From: an uncultured Actinomycetes bacterium
Lineage (GTDB): Bacteria > Actinomycetota > Thermoleophilia > Gaiellales > JAICJC01
Direction: 5' to 3'
Assembly (NCBI GenBank): GCA_963832955.1
Contig: CAWHWC010000001.1
Span: 156,810-220,809, forward strand
Length of the DNA: 64,000 nt
The notes below the pieces were generated by a model. The model saw only the letters and a program-made list of their open reading frames with translations. It was not told the DNA's origin and did no database searches. Shown piece after piece: positions 22,480-30,951 of this stretch. The position numbers and the translations under genes were made by a program. Position 1 is the first letter of the stretch; every line of letters starts with the position of its first letter.

Positions 22480-23400
22480 GCGTCCGCCCGGTCTTCCTGT
22501 TCTCGCTCCCGCGCAGCGGCTCGACGCTGCTTCAGCGGATGCTCGCCACCCACCCCGAGATCGCGACGACGTCGGAGCCGTGGGTCCTGCTTGCCACAGC
22601 TCTACGCCCTGCGCGAGACCGGAGCGGTCGCGGAGTACGGCCACCGGACGGCCGCCCGGGCCATCGCCGACTTCGGCGACAGCCTGCCCGGGGGCCGCGC
22701 CGATTACCTCGACGAGGTGCGGCGCTCGACGCTCGCGCTCTACGAGCTGGCGGCGGGCGACGCAGGCTGGTTCCTGGACAAGACCCCGCGCTACCACCTG
22801 GTGGTCGACGAGATCATGGCGCTCTTCCCGGACGCGCGCTTCGTCTTCCTGTGGCGAAACCCGCTCGCGGTCGCCGCGTCGATGATCGACTCGTTCGGCC
22901 GCGGACACTGGAACCTCGACCGCTACGAGGTCGACCTGCACGGACGGGCTCAGCACGCTGGTCGCCGCCTCGCGGTCGCGACGATCCCCGGGCCTCCGCG
23001 CTCCGCTTCGAGGACGTCGTCGCCGACACCGATCGCCGCGACGGCTCCGTCTTCGAGTTGCTCGGGCTCGACCCGCCGAGGCGACGGCCCCGGAGTTCGC
23101 CGTCACGAGCCTCGCGGCCGGATGGGCGACCGGACCGGGACGGCGAGCTACACCGCGGTCAGCGCCGAGCCGCTCGAGCGGTGGCGAGCCACGATGGCCA
23201 ATCGCGCTTCGCAAACGCTGGTGCGCGGCGTACCTGCGCTCGCGTCGGTCCGGAGCGGCTCACCGCGATGGGGTACGACCCCGACGAGCTCGTGAGCGAG
23301 GTCGCGACCCTCCCGGTCCGGCCGACGCGCGTGGCCTCCGACGTCGCCCGCAGGGCCTACGGCTACGGCCGGGCGCGCGCCTCGGCGCGGCTCATGTACC
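22476..23400 (+). pseudogene. sulfotransferase (ST1, PRSGST type), frame-disrupted; 3' end approximate
   Basis: ATG 22476 overlaps the GT2 stop (ATGA). 5'-PSB '[17 protein letters not shown]'. 3'-PB '[19 protein letters not shown]' is in 22591..23295. Confidence 0.65.
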
Positions 23401-23429
23401 CGCGGTCGCGCGCCGCCAGCAGGCCGACC

Positions 23430-24302
23430 GCGCGGCGCCGAGGCGGCGGCCGACCGAGGCGCGGGCGACGACCAGACGCTGATCTTCCTGCACATCGGCA
23501 AGACCGCGCGGCACGACCTGCGCCAGATCCTGAAGCGCCAGTTCCCCTCCTCGCAGACCATGACGGTGTCGGTGCGCGCGGCGGCCGCCCGCGGAGGAGA
23601 CGCTGGCCGACTTCGCGCTGCTCCCCGAGGCCGATCGACTCCGGCCGCGGCTGATCCTGGGCCACACCGTGTTCGGCCTGCACGAGCACGTGCCGCGGCC
23701 CTGCCGCTACGTGACGATGCTGCGCGACCCGGTGCGGCTTGCCGTCTCGCAGTACCGCTACGTGCTGCGGACGCCGGGCCACCGCCACCACGAGCGCGCC
23801 CGGGGATGTCGCTCGAGGAGTACGTCGCGAGCGGCTTCGCCCACGAGATGGACAACAGCCAGACGCGGGCGCTCGCGGGCGACATCGGCACACCGTACGG
23901 CGGCAACCCGCCGGAGCTGCTCGAGACCGCGAAGCGGAACGTCGCGGGCACTTCGCCGGGTCGGCGCTGACCGAGCGATTCGACGAGTCGGTGGTGCTGC
24001 TCGGCCAGACCTTCGGCTGGGGTGACGTCCGCTATGTCAGCGCGAACGTCGCCCACGCCGGGGCTCCGCCGACCGAGGCCGAGGTCGACCTCGTGCGGGG
24101 GGCGAACCGCCTCGACCTCGAGCTCTACGAGCACGCGTGCAACCTCCTCGACGGGCGGATCGCCGCCGAGCCGGGGTTTGCCGATGCGCTCGAGCAGTTC
24201 CAGCGCGCGAACGCCCGCTACCGGCGCTGGGGAAGACTGACGTACACCCTCCCGTCGCGGATCAAGCGCCGGATCGCACCCGAAGTTGCCCGCGGCGACT
24301 AG
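23430..24302 (+). pseudogene. sulfotransferase (ST2, HS6ST-like family), frame-disrupted; 5' end approximate
   Basis: Contains '[19 protein letters not shown]', 'YVTMLRDPVRLAVSQYRYV', 'MDNSQTRALAGD' and 'LTERFDESVVLLGQTFGW...ANRLDLELYEHA'. It is a paralog of 26609..27457 and 30082..30951. Confidence 0.65.
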
Positions 24303-24314
24303 GGCCGGAACCCC

Positions 24315-24512
24315 TCAGCCGTCCCGCTCCCACCGCCTGGGCGTCTCCCGGTCTGTCCACCACTGGCGGTTCTCGTCGGCCAGCCTGCGCAGGTAGCGGC
24401 GATGGGCAAGCTCCGCGTCCGGGTGCGAGGCCCCGAGGCGCTCCTTCTTGTCCTCCCAGTCCTCGCGGAGCTGCCGCTTGGACTGCGTGCCGTCGGGCGA
24501 CCGGCGGCTCAT
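24315..24512 (-). CDS. small charged hypothetical protein (65 aa), translationally coupled to the GH26 gene
   Basis: The ATG overlaps the GH26 stop (ATGA). Third codon positions are nearly all G/C. The sequence 'MSRRSPDGTQSKRQLREDWEDKKERLG...' has no recognisable domain. Confidence 0.5.
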   Translation of the reverse strand: MSRRSPDGTQSKRQLREDWEDKKERLGASHPDAELAHRRYLRRLADENRQWWTDRETPRRWERDG

Positions 24513-25414
24513 CGCATGTAGTACCGCCGCAGACCGGCGTCTCGATAGGCGGCGAGCGACTCCGGCGAGGTGTCCGCCCAGACGTCGCCCCGCGAGGTGA
24601 CGGCGTTCGTCCACACGATCAACCGGACGTGCCATGACCGAAACGTCAGTGCCGCGTTCGTGATCCACGTGGCCTTGGCGGTCGCGTCGTTGGGATCCTC
24701 GGCGCTTCCGACCTCGCCGATCACGAGCTTCTTGCCGTGGTTCACCGCGAACCTGTGGGCCGCTCCGAAGAGCTCGGCCGCCGAGTGCCACTCGGCCACG
24801 TTGTAGCCGTCGACCCCCACGGCGTCGTAGCGGCGCGGCTCGTACCGCCGAATGGTCCTCAGGTCCTGCCGGAAGTTGTGCGACGTCGCAGTCCACACGT
24901 AGGTGACGTTCCTGACGCCGTCGTTCTTGAACAGCTTGTGGACGCGGTGGTAGCTCGCCACGTAGTCGGCAGGGCTCCCGTCGCTGCAGTTGTCGAGCGG
25001 CTCGTGGTTCCACGAGAAGAACACGCGCAGCCGGTAGCGCTTGATGCTCCGGGCGATGTGGTGCAGGTAGCTGTTGTACCGGCCGGCGGCGACGTCGCGC
25101 CAGGGGACGCAGTTGCGGCCGAGCTCGGACGAGACGTTCAGGTAGAGCGGCACGCCACGGGCCTTCATCACCGCCGGGATGTCGGCGCGCAGGTTCGTGT
25201 TGTCGAGCGCGTGGTAGAGGCGGAACGCATGGAACTTCCGGCCGATCTCCGACTCGAGCTTGGCCAGCTCTCCGAGGGTGCTCTGTCCGCTGCGGGCACG
25301 GATGTACGTACCCCAATAGGCGCCCTTTCCGGCCTGCGCCGGCGCCGCCGTCGAGACGGCCGCGACCAGCACCGCCAGCACCGCCACGAACAGTCGCGCG
25401 CGACGTCGTCCCAC
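24509..25414 (-). CDS. secreted glycoside hydrolase, GH26-like (mannanase-type fold)
   Basis: Signal peptide 'RRRARLFVAVLAVLVAAVSTAAPAQA'. Contains 'GAYWGTY', 'WRDVAAGRYNSYLHHIARSIK', a candidate acid/base in 'FFSWNHEP' and a candidate nucleophile in 'LVIGEVGS'. GGGAGG RBS before the GTG. Confidence 0.65.
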   Translation of the reverse strand: MGRRRARLFVAVLAVLVAAVSTAAPAQAGKGAYWGTYIRARSGQSTLGELAKLESEIGRKFHAFRLYHALDNTNLRADIPAVMKARGVPLYLNVSSELGRNCVPWRDVAAGRYNSYLHHIARSIKRYRLRVFFSWNHEPLDNCSDGSPADYVASYHRVHKLFKNDGVRNVTYVWTATSHNFRQDLRTIRRYEPRRYDAVGVDGYNVAEWHSAAELFGAAHRFAVNHGKKLVIGEVGSAEDPNDATAKATWITNAALTFRSWHVRLIVWTNAVTSRGDVWADTSPESLAAYRDAGLRRYYMR

Positions 25415-25594
25415 ACCCCCACCTCCCCGGTTGAACGCGGTCGCATGACCATCGACGCTCGCGGTGAGCCGGTGGTGAGAACGCGGTTAGGATCGTGGAA
25501 AGATTCCGCTTCCAGTTCCTTACAACCATTTTCCGGGTTGTTTGTCCCGGGCAGCCTCTTTCAGAAGGGCGACGGAACCGGTAAACTCGACTGG

Positions 25595-26599
25595 ATGGGT
25601 CATCTTGGAGGCCGGCGTCGAGCCATCCTGGCGATATGGCTCGTCGGCTTTGGTCTCGCCGTCACGTCGGCGGCCAGCGCCGCCACGACGGGGGATCCCC
25701 CGGCGGCGGCCCTCACGGCCGGCGACCCGGTGATCGCCGCTGCCGGCGACATCGCCTGCGACCCGGCCGCCAGCGGATTCCATGGCGGCAACGGCACGGC
25801 GAACGGGTGCTCGGCGCTCAAGACCTCGAATCTGCTCGTCGGCGCGCCGCTGGCGGGTGTGCTGCCGCTGGGCGACAACCAGTACGAGTGCGGCGGCCTG
25901 CGGGCGTTCCAGACCTCCTACGCGCTCTCCTGGGGGCGGGTGGACCCGGCGATCGTCCATCCCGTCGCCGGCAACCACGAGTACGACACGAAGTCGCAGG
26001 ATCCGAAGGGCACGGACTGCTCGCCCACCGCGAACGCGGCCGGCTACTTCGCCTACTTCGGCGCGTCCGCCGGCGACCCGTCCAAGGGCTACTACTCCTA
26101 CGACGTCGGGAGCTGGCACCTGATCGCCCTGAACGCCAACTGCAAGTTCGTGCCCTGCAAGGCCGGGTCGGCCCAGGAGCTGTGGCTGAAGAACGACCTC
26201 CTGACCCATCCGAGCGCGTGCACGCTCGCCTACTGGCACCAGCCACGGTTCTCGTCCGGGGGCAACGGCGGCACGAGCTCGGTGGCCGCGTTCTGGAACG
26301 ACCTCTATGCGAGCCATGCGGAGGTGGTGCTGAACGGCCACCTGCACGCGTACGAGCGGTTCGCGCCCCTCAATCCGTCCGGCGCCCTCGACAGCACGAA
26401 CGGCATACGCGAGTTCGTCGTCGGCACGGGCGGGGACAACCACGGCAAGTTCGGGTCGATCCGGTCCGGCAGCCAGGTGCGCAACAACACGACCTTCGGC
26501 GTGCTCGAGCTGACGCTCGGCAGCACGAGCTACTCCTGGTCGTTCGTCCCGGCCGGATCGGGCACGTTCACGGACTCAGGCAACGAGGCCTGTCACTGA
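25595..26599 (+). CDS. secreted metallophosphoesterase (paralog 1, full motif set)
   Basis: ATG 25595. Signal/TM 'AILAIWLVGFGLAVTSAASAA'. Motifs 'AAAGDIAC', 'LGDNQY', 'AGNHEYD', 'WHQPRF', 'LNGHLHAYERF'. Confidence 0.75.
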   Translation: MGHLGGRRRAILAIWLVGFGLAVTSAASAATTGDPPAAALTAGDPVIAAAGDIACDPAASGFHGGNGTANGCSALKTSNLLVGAPLAGVLPLGDNQYECGGLRAFQTSYALSWGRVDPAIVHPVAGNHEYDTKSQDPKGTDCSPTANAAGYFAYFGASAGDPSKGYYSYDVGSWHLIALNANCKFVPCKAGSAQELWLKNDLLTHPSACTLAYWHQPRFSSGGNGGTSSVAAFWNDLYASHAEVVLNGHLHAYERFAPLNPSGALDSTNGIREFVVGTGGDNHGKFGSIRSGSQVRNNTTFGVLELTLGSTSYSWSFVPAGSGTFTDSGNEACH

Positions 26600-26606
26600 A
26601 GGCGCG

Positions 26607-26627
26607 CGTCAGCGCGCGGCGCTGACG
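26607..26627. terminator. GC-rich hairpin between convergent genes (CGTCAGCGC-GCG-GCGCTGACG)
   Basis: 9-bp perfect stem with a 3-nt loop. It starts 8 nt after the stop of 25595..26599 and overlaps the last codons of 26609..27457. There is no U-tract. Confidence 0.35.
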
Positions 26628-27457
26628 GCCGCCTGGCGGATCCGGTAGGTGGCCCGTCCCCAGGGCCGGTAGATCGCATTTCCGCGGCGAAAGCGCTCCA
26701 GCCGTCGTGAGAAGCCGGGATCGCCCCCCACGCGCTCGTCGAAGCGCTCCACCATGCGCTGGTAGAGCTCGCAGTCCAGGTGGTTTCGCTCCTCGATCAT
26801 GCGCCGGTCGGCGACGCTGACGTCGAGCCGCTGCCCCGACGGCGCCGTGTTCGTCCGCACGTAGTAGAGGTTGTGCCACCCGAACTCGTCCTCGAGCAGG
26901 AGCAGCGTCTCGTCGAACCGCTCGGTGAGCCCGGCGACGACGACATGGGCGTCGATGTTCGCGAGCGCGGTCTCGAGCACGGCGTCGGTGCACTCGCCGA
27001 ACGGCGTCGAGACGTCGCCGGCGAGCGCGCGGGCCTGGCCGTTGTCCACCTCGAGCGCGATGCCGCTCTGGACGTACCGCTCGAGCGTCAGCTCGCCCGA
27101 CGCCGCGGCCTCGTGCAGGCGATGGCGCTCGGTGCGAAGCACGTGCCGGTACTGCGAGATCGTGCGCGCGACCGGGTCTCGGAGCACCGTGAAGTACGCG
27201 GACGGCCGCGGCACCGATGCGTGGATGCCGAACACCATGTGGCTCACGAGCAGCCGCGGCCGGGCTCGCTCGGCCTCCGGCATCGCCGCGAACATCTTGA
27301 GCGGCTCGTCGTTCAAAAAGCCTCGCGGCCGGTGGGCCGGCGGGCGCACCCGCATGACGAGGCGCGGGGGCACGTTGCGGTACAGGATCTGCCGGAGCGT
27401 CCATCCGGCCGTCTTCCCGATGTGGAGGAAGATCGCGGTCGGGTCGTCAGGCCCCAC
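26609..27457 (-). CDS. sulfotransferase (ST3, HS6ST-like family)
   Basis: Intact 282 aa with '[18 protein letters not shown]', 'YFTVLRDPVARTISQYRHV', 'VDNGQARALAGD', 'VVAGLTERFDETLLLLEDEFGW'. Confidence 0.75.
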   Translation of the reverse strand: MGPDDPTAIFLHIGKTAGWTLRQILYRNVPPRLVMRVRPPAHRPRGFLNDEPLKMFAAMPEAERARPRLLVSHMVFGIHASVPRPSAYFTVLRDPVARTISQYRHVLRTERHRLHEAAASGELTLERYVQSGIALEVDNGQARALAGDVSTPFGECTDAVLETALANIDAHVVVAGLTERFDETLLLLEDEFGWHNLYYVRTNTAPSGQRLDVSVADRRMIEERNHLDCELYQRMVERFDERVGGDPGFSRRLERFRRGNAIYRPWGRATYRIRQAAVSAAR

Positions 27458-27535
27458 GGCGGCCTTTCGCGACGAACGCGCGGATCAGGCGCTGGACGGC
27501 GCGGTCCATCGCGTCGAGGACGCGCTCCAGGTGCC

Positions 27536-28915
27536 TCATCCGCGCACGAGCTCCCGCAGCGGCTCGAGCGAGAACCGGGCGTGTGTCCAGATGCCGACGC
27601 GCACCCGTGCAAACGTCAGCTGCAGCATGTTTTGCATCGTCTGGGCGGCGCACGTCGCCGCGGCGACGCCGGTGATCCCGTATCGCGGGGCGAGCAGGAT
27701 CTCGGCCGTCACGCTCACGATGCCCGTCGCGACGGTGAGCACCATCATCGTGCGGTGATGGCCCGTCATCATGAGGGTCGCGCCGCTCGAGCCCGTGCAC
27801 ACGGCGACGAGCCGGGCGCAGCTCAGGATGGCGAGCACCGTCGCCCCCTCCCGGAAGAACGGCGTGTAGACGACCTCCATCACGAAGCCCCCGGCGACGA
27901 CGAACACGATCAGCACCAGCGCGGCCGGGATCCCTGCGAGGGTCGAGATGCTGCGGAGCGAGCTTTCGAGCTGCTCCTTCTCGCCGCGGGCATACAGCTC
28001 GGCGATGATCGGCGGCACGACCTGGGACACGATGATGAAGGGCGTCGCCACGAAGAAGACGAGGCGCGACGCCGCGCCGTAGAGCGCCACGTCGGTTGCC
28101 GGGCGGAAGTGCCCCACCACCCACAGGTCGACGCCGGTGCCGACGACGAAGCTCGCGACGCTGGTGACCAGAAGCGGGACGGAGATCGACGCGATCTCGC
28201 GGGCCCGGACGTCCCCGTCGCCGTGGAGCCGCGAGACCTGCCCCCGAAGCGAGATCAGCGCCACGGCGAGGGCGATCGCGGTGGCGGCGACGCTGATCGC
28301 AACCGCCTCGCGGAGCGACGGCCGCGCGCCCGCGATCCAGAGCGCGCCGAAGGCCGCGGCCAGGAGCCCGTCGACGGCGAGCCCGCTGTAGACCGTCGCG
28401 GGCCAGAAGCGCTGAAACCCGCGGAAGGTCTCGGCGGTGAGCAGCAGGAGCGCCTTCACGACGACCCACGCGGCTGTCAGACCGATGACCGCCGCGATGG
28501 CCTCCGAGTGGTAGATGTGGATCGCGACGAAATGGCCGAGCCCGAGCATCAGGACGGCCGCGAGCAGCAGGGAGGACGCGAGCCCCATCGTGTACACCAC
28601 GCGCACCGTGTGCCGGGCCCGGCCGGCGTCGCCGACGCCGCGCGACGCGGACACGAGGCGCACGACGGTGCGGTCGAGCCCCATCTGCGCCACGGTCGAC
28701 CCGATGGTGACCATGCTGAATACGAGGAAGTACTGGCCGAGCAGCGAGGGGCCGAGCGTGTTCGCGAGGATGTGGTTCAGGATCAGCGTGAGGACGGTGC
28801 CGACCGCCATCCCGACGAACACCGTCGCCGATCCGCGCACCAGCCGGCGGCGGACCGCCGCGGTCGCGGCGGACGAGGCCTCCGTCCGGGCAGCGTCAGC
28901 CGATCCGACGCTCAC
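27536..28915 (-). CDS. oligosaccharide flippase (Wzx / MOP superfamily polysaccharide biosynthesis protein)
   Basis: Intact 459 aa with about 12-14 predicted TM helices. Composition is typical of Wzx, and the gene sits inside the glycan cluster. Confidence 0.7.
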   Translation of the reverse strand: MSVGSADAARTEASSAATAAVRRRLVRGSATVFVGMAVGTVLTLILNHILANTLGPSLLGQYFLVFSMVTIGSTVAQMGLDRTVVRLVSASRGVGDAGRARHTVRVVYTMGLASSLLLAAVLMLGLGHFVAIHIYHSEAIAAVIGLTAAWVVVKALLLLTAETFRGFQRFWPATVYSGLAVDGLLAAAFGALWIAGARPSLREAVAISVAATAIALAVALISLRGQVSRLHGDGDVRAREIASISVPLLVTSVASFVVGTGVDLWVVGHFRPATDVALYGAASRLVFFVATPFIIVSQVVPPIIAELYARGEKEQLESSLRSISTLAGIPAALVLIVFVVAGGFVMEVVYTPFFREGATVLAILSCARLVAVCTGSSGATLMMTGHHRTMMVLTVATGIVSVTAEILLAPRYGITGVAAATCAAQTMQNMLQLTFARVRVGIWTHARFSLEPLRELVRG

Positions 28916-29027
28916 GCAGCCGAACCCGACCCCACCAACCCACCGTCTACCCGCATGAGTTGAGGGTACATGCGTTTCGGATGGCGGTCATCCCATCGGA
29001 ACGGGTTCCAAGCACGAATCACCACCG

Positions 29028-29033
29028 TATACT
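29028..29033 (+). promoter_or_regulatory. -10-like TATACT box 7 nt upstream of ATG 29041 (leaderless-type arrangement)
   Basis: The TANNNT hexamer lies in a lower-GC divergent gap. There is no Shine-Dalgarno sequence between it and the ATG. Confidence 0.35.
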
Positions 29034-29040
29034 GCACTCT

Positions 29041-30066
29041 ATGCAAACACCTTCGGACCGCCTCCCGACCATCGTCTTCAGCTCCGTCGTGCGCTCCACC
29101 GAGAAGAGCGAGAGCCACGGCGGCGTGTACCTCCTCGACCTTGAGACCGAGCAGCTCACGCAGATGATCGACTGGGACGACCAGACGATCGACTTCACCC
29201 AGCGCGGAGGCGACCGCGGCCTCAGAGGCATCGCGTTTCACGAGGACCGCATGTTCCTCGCGGCCGCGGACGAGATCTTCGTCTACGACCCCAGCTTCAG
29301 GCTCACGGGATCGATCAAGAATCCGTACCTGCGCCACTGCCACGAGATCAACACCGGCGGCGGCAAGCTGTTTCTGGGGTCGGTCGGCTACGACACGATC
29401 CTCGAGTACGACATCGAGGCGGAGCGGTTCACGGCGGGGTATTGCATCCGCTATCACGGCATCCGGCGCAAGCTGCGCCGCAAGCGCCGCGACGGGTTCC
29501 AGATCCGGCCCCGGCCGCGCCTGACGGTCTTCGACCCGTACGACGAGGGCGGGCCGGAGCCGGCGGACACCGCCCACCCCAGCTTCCCGTGGTGGAACGC
29601 CGGCACGCTCTACGTGGCGGGCGGCGGGCTCGGCCATATCTACGCGATCCGCGACCGGCGGATGCGGCGCTATGCCCGGATCCCCTACGAATCGCACAAC
29701 GCCCACCCGTTCCGCGGCGGCCTCCTCATGAACCACTCGCCCACGCACCGGATGATGTTCACCGACATGCGCGGCCGGATCCAGAAGACGTGGGCCGTGC
29801 CGGTCTACGACGAGTCCGAGCTCGAGTTCTCGAACGTGCCGCGTGACCACGCCTACCAGGGGTTCTGCCGCGGCATCGCCGAGACCGGCGAGAACATCAT
29901 CGTGCAGGGCTCGTCCCCAGCGACGATCAACCTCTTCCGGTGGGACCCGCCCGGGCTGATCAAGTCCATCAACGTGACGATGGACGTGCGGAACTCGGTG
30001 CACGGACTCGAGATCTGGCCGTTCCCCGAGGTGCCGACGACCCCTCCGCCGCCGCCTGCCGGATAG
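29041..30066 (+). CDS. hypothetical protein (341 aa), possibly beta-propeller-like; faint recalled resemblance to the DUF4915/TIGR03032 family
   Basis: Intact ORF. I prefer ATG 29041 over the track start 28960 because the upstream codons are GC3-poor. Contains 'GLRGIAFHEDRMFLAAADEIFVYD', 'LRHCHEINTGGGKLFLGSVGYDTILEYD' and 'LLMNHSPTH', with a Pro-rich tail 'PTTPPPPPAG'. No signal peptide. Confidence 0.55.
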   Translation: MQTPSDRLPTIVFSSVVRSTEKSESHGGVYLLDLETEQLTQMIDWDDQTIDFTQRGGDRGLRGIAFHEDRMFLAAADEIFVYDPSFRLTGSIKNPYLRHCHEINTGGGKLFLGSVGYDTILEYDIEAERFTAGYCIRYHGIRRKLRRKRRDGFQIRPRPRLTVFDPYDEGGPEPADTAHPSFPWWNAGTLYVAGGGLGHIYAIRDRRMRRYARIPYESHNAHPFRGGLLMNHSPTHRMMFTDMRGRIQKTWAVPVYDESELEFSNVPRDHAYQGFCRGIAETGENIIVQGSSPATINLFRWDPPGLIKSINVTMDVRNSVHGLEIWPFPEVPTTPPPPPAG

Positions 30067-30081
30067 GCCGGCGCGGCGCGC

Positions 30082-30951
30082 TCAGGCGCCGATCCTGCCG
30101 CGGGCGCGCTTGGGGAGCGTGTAGGTGAGCGTCCCCCAGACCCGGTAGCGGGCGTTGGCGCGCTGAAACCGCTCGAGCTCCCGGTCGAGAGCCGGGCCGG
30201 CGACGGCGTCGAGGCGCTCGCCGGCGTACCGGTAGAGCTCGAGGTCGAGCCAGTTCTGCTCCTCGATCATGCGGATCGTGTCGGCGGGAACGTCTGACCG
30301 GGCGATCTTGCGCCGCGAGACGTTGGCGTTCACGTACGTCAGGCGGCCCCAGCCGAGCTCGCGCCGGATCGCGAGCAGCGACTCGTCGAACCGCTCCGCG
30401 ATCCCGACGACCGCGAACTGGGCGTCGACGATCGCCTTGGCGCGGTCGAGCATGTCCTGCGTGCACGCCCCGTACGGCGTCGCCGTGTCGGCGATGACCG
30501 CCCGCGTCTGGCTGTTGTCCAGCTCGAGGGCGAGGCCGCTTCGCAGATACGCCGCGACGTCCATGTCGTCGCGAACGACCACGTCGTGGAACCGGTGCTC
30601 GGGCCAGTAGCGGGCGCTCTTGTAGCCCGAGAGGGCCCGCGCGACCGGGTGCCGCAGGAGCGTGATGTACGTCGTCTCGCGCGGGATGTACTCGTGGATC
30701 CCGTACATCATGTGCGCCATGATCAGGCGGGGCCGCGCCCGCTCCGCCTCGGGCAGCTCGGCGAACCGCTCGACCGGGATGGAGCTCAGGAAGCCGTTCG
30801 GCGCCGACCGCGGGTTTCGCAGCTGGAGCGTTCGCGACCCCGGGACGTTGCGGCGCAGGATCCGGCGCAGCGTCGCCCCGGCGGTCTTTCCGAGGTGGAG
30901 GAAGACGACGGTGGGCGGACCGGCGTCAGCCGATCTCGATGTGGACGTCAT
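30082..30951 (-). CDS. sulfotransferase (ST4, HS6ST-like family)
   Basis: Intact 289 aa with 'VVFLHLGKTAGATLRRIL', 'YITLLRHPVARALSGY', 'LDNSQTRAVIAD', 'AVVGIAERFDESLLAIRRELGW'. The start overlaps the LamG gene end by 26 nt. Confidence 0.75.
   Translation of the reverse strand: MTSTSRSADAGPPTVVFLHLGKTAGATLRRILRRNVPGSRTLQLRNPRSAPNGFLSSIPVERFAELPEAERARPRLIMAHMMYGIHEYIPRETTYITLLRHPVARALSGYKSARYWPEHRFHDVVVRDDMDVAAYLRSGLALELDNSQTRAVIADTATPYGACTQDMLDRAKAIVDAQFAVVGIAERFDESLLAIRRELGWGRLTYVNANVSRRKIARSDVPADTIRMIEEQNWLDLELYRYAGERLDAVAGPALDRELERFQRANARYRVWGTLTYTLPKRARGRIGA

Noticed and set aside
28960-29040. Track start at 28960 for the orphan protein, which adds 27 N-terminal residues.
   Set aside because: The upstream codons are GC3-poor and lie in the promoter-like, lower-GC gap. 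TATACT-N7-ATG at 29041 is a better start.
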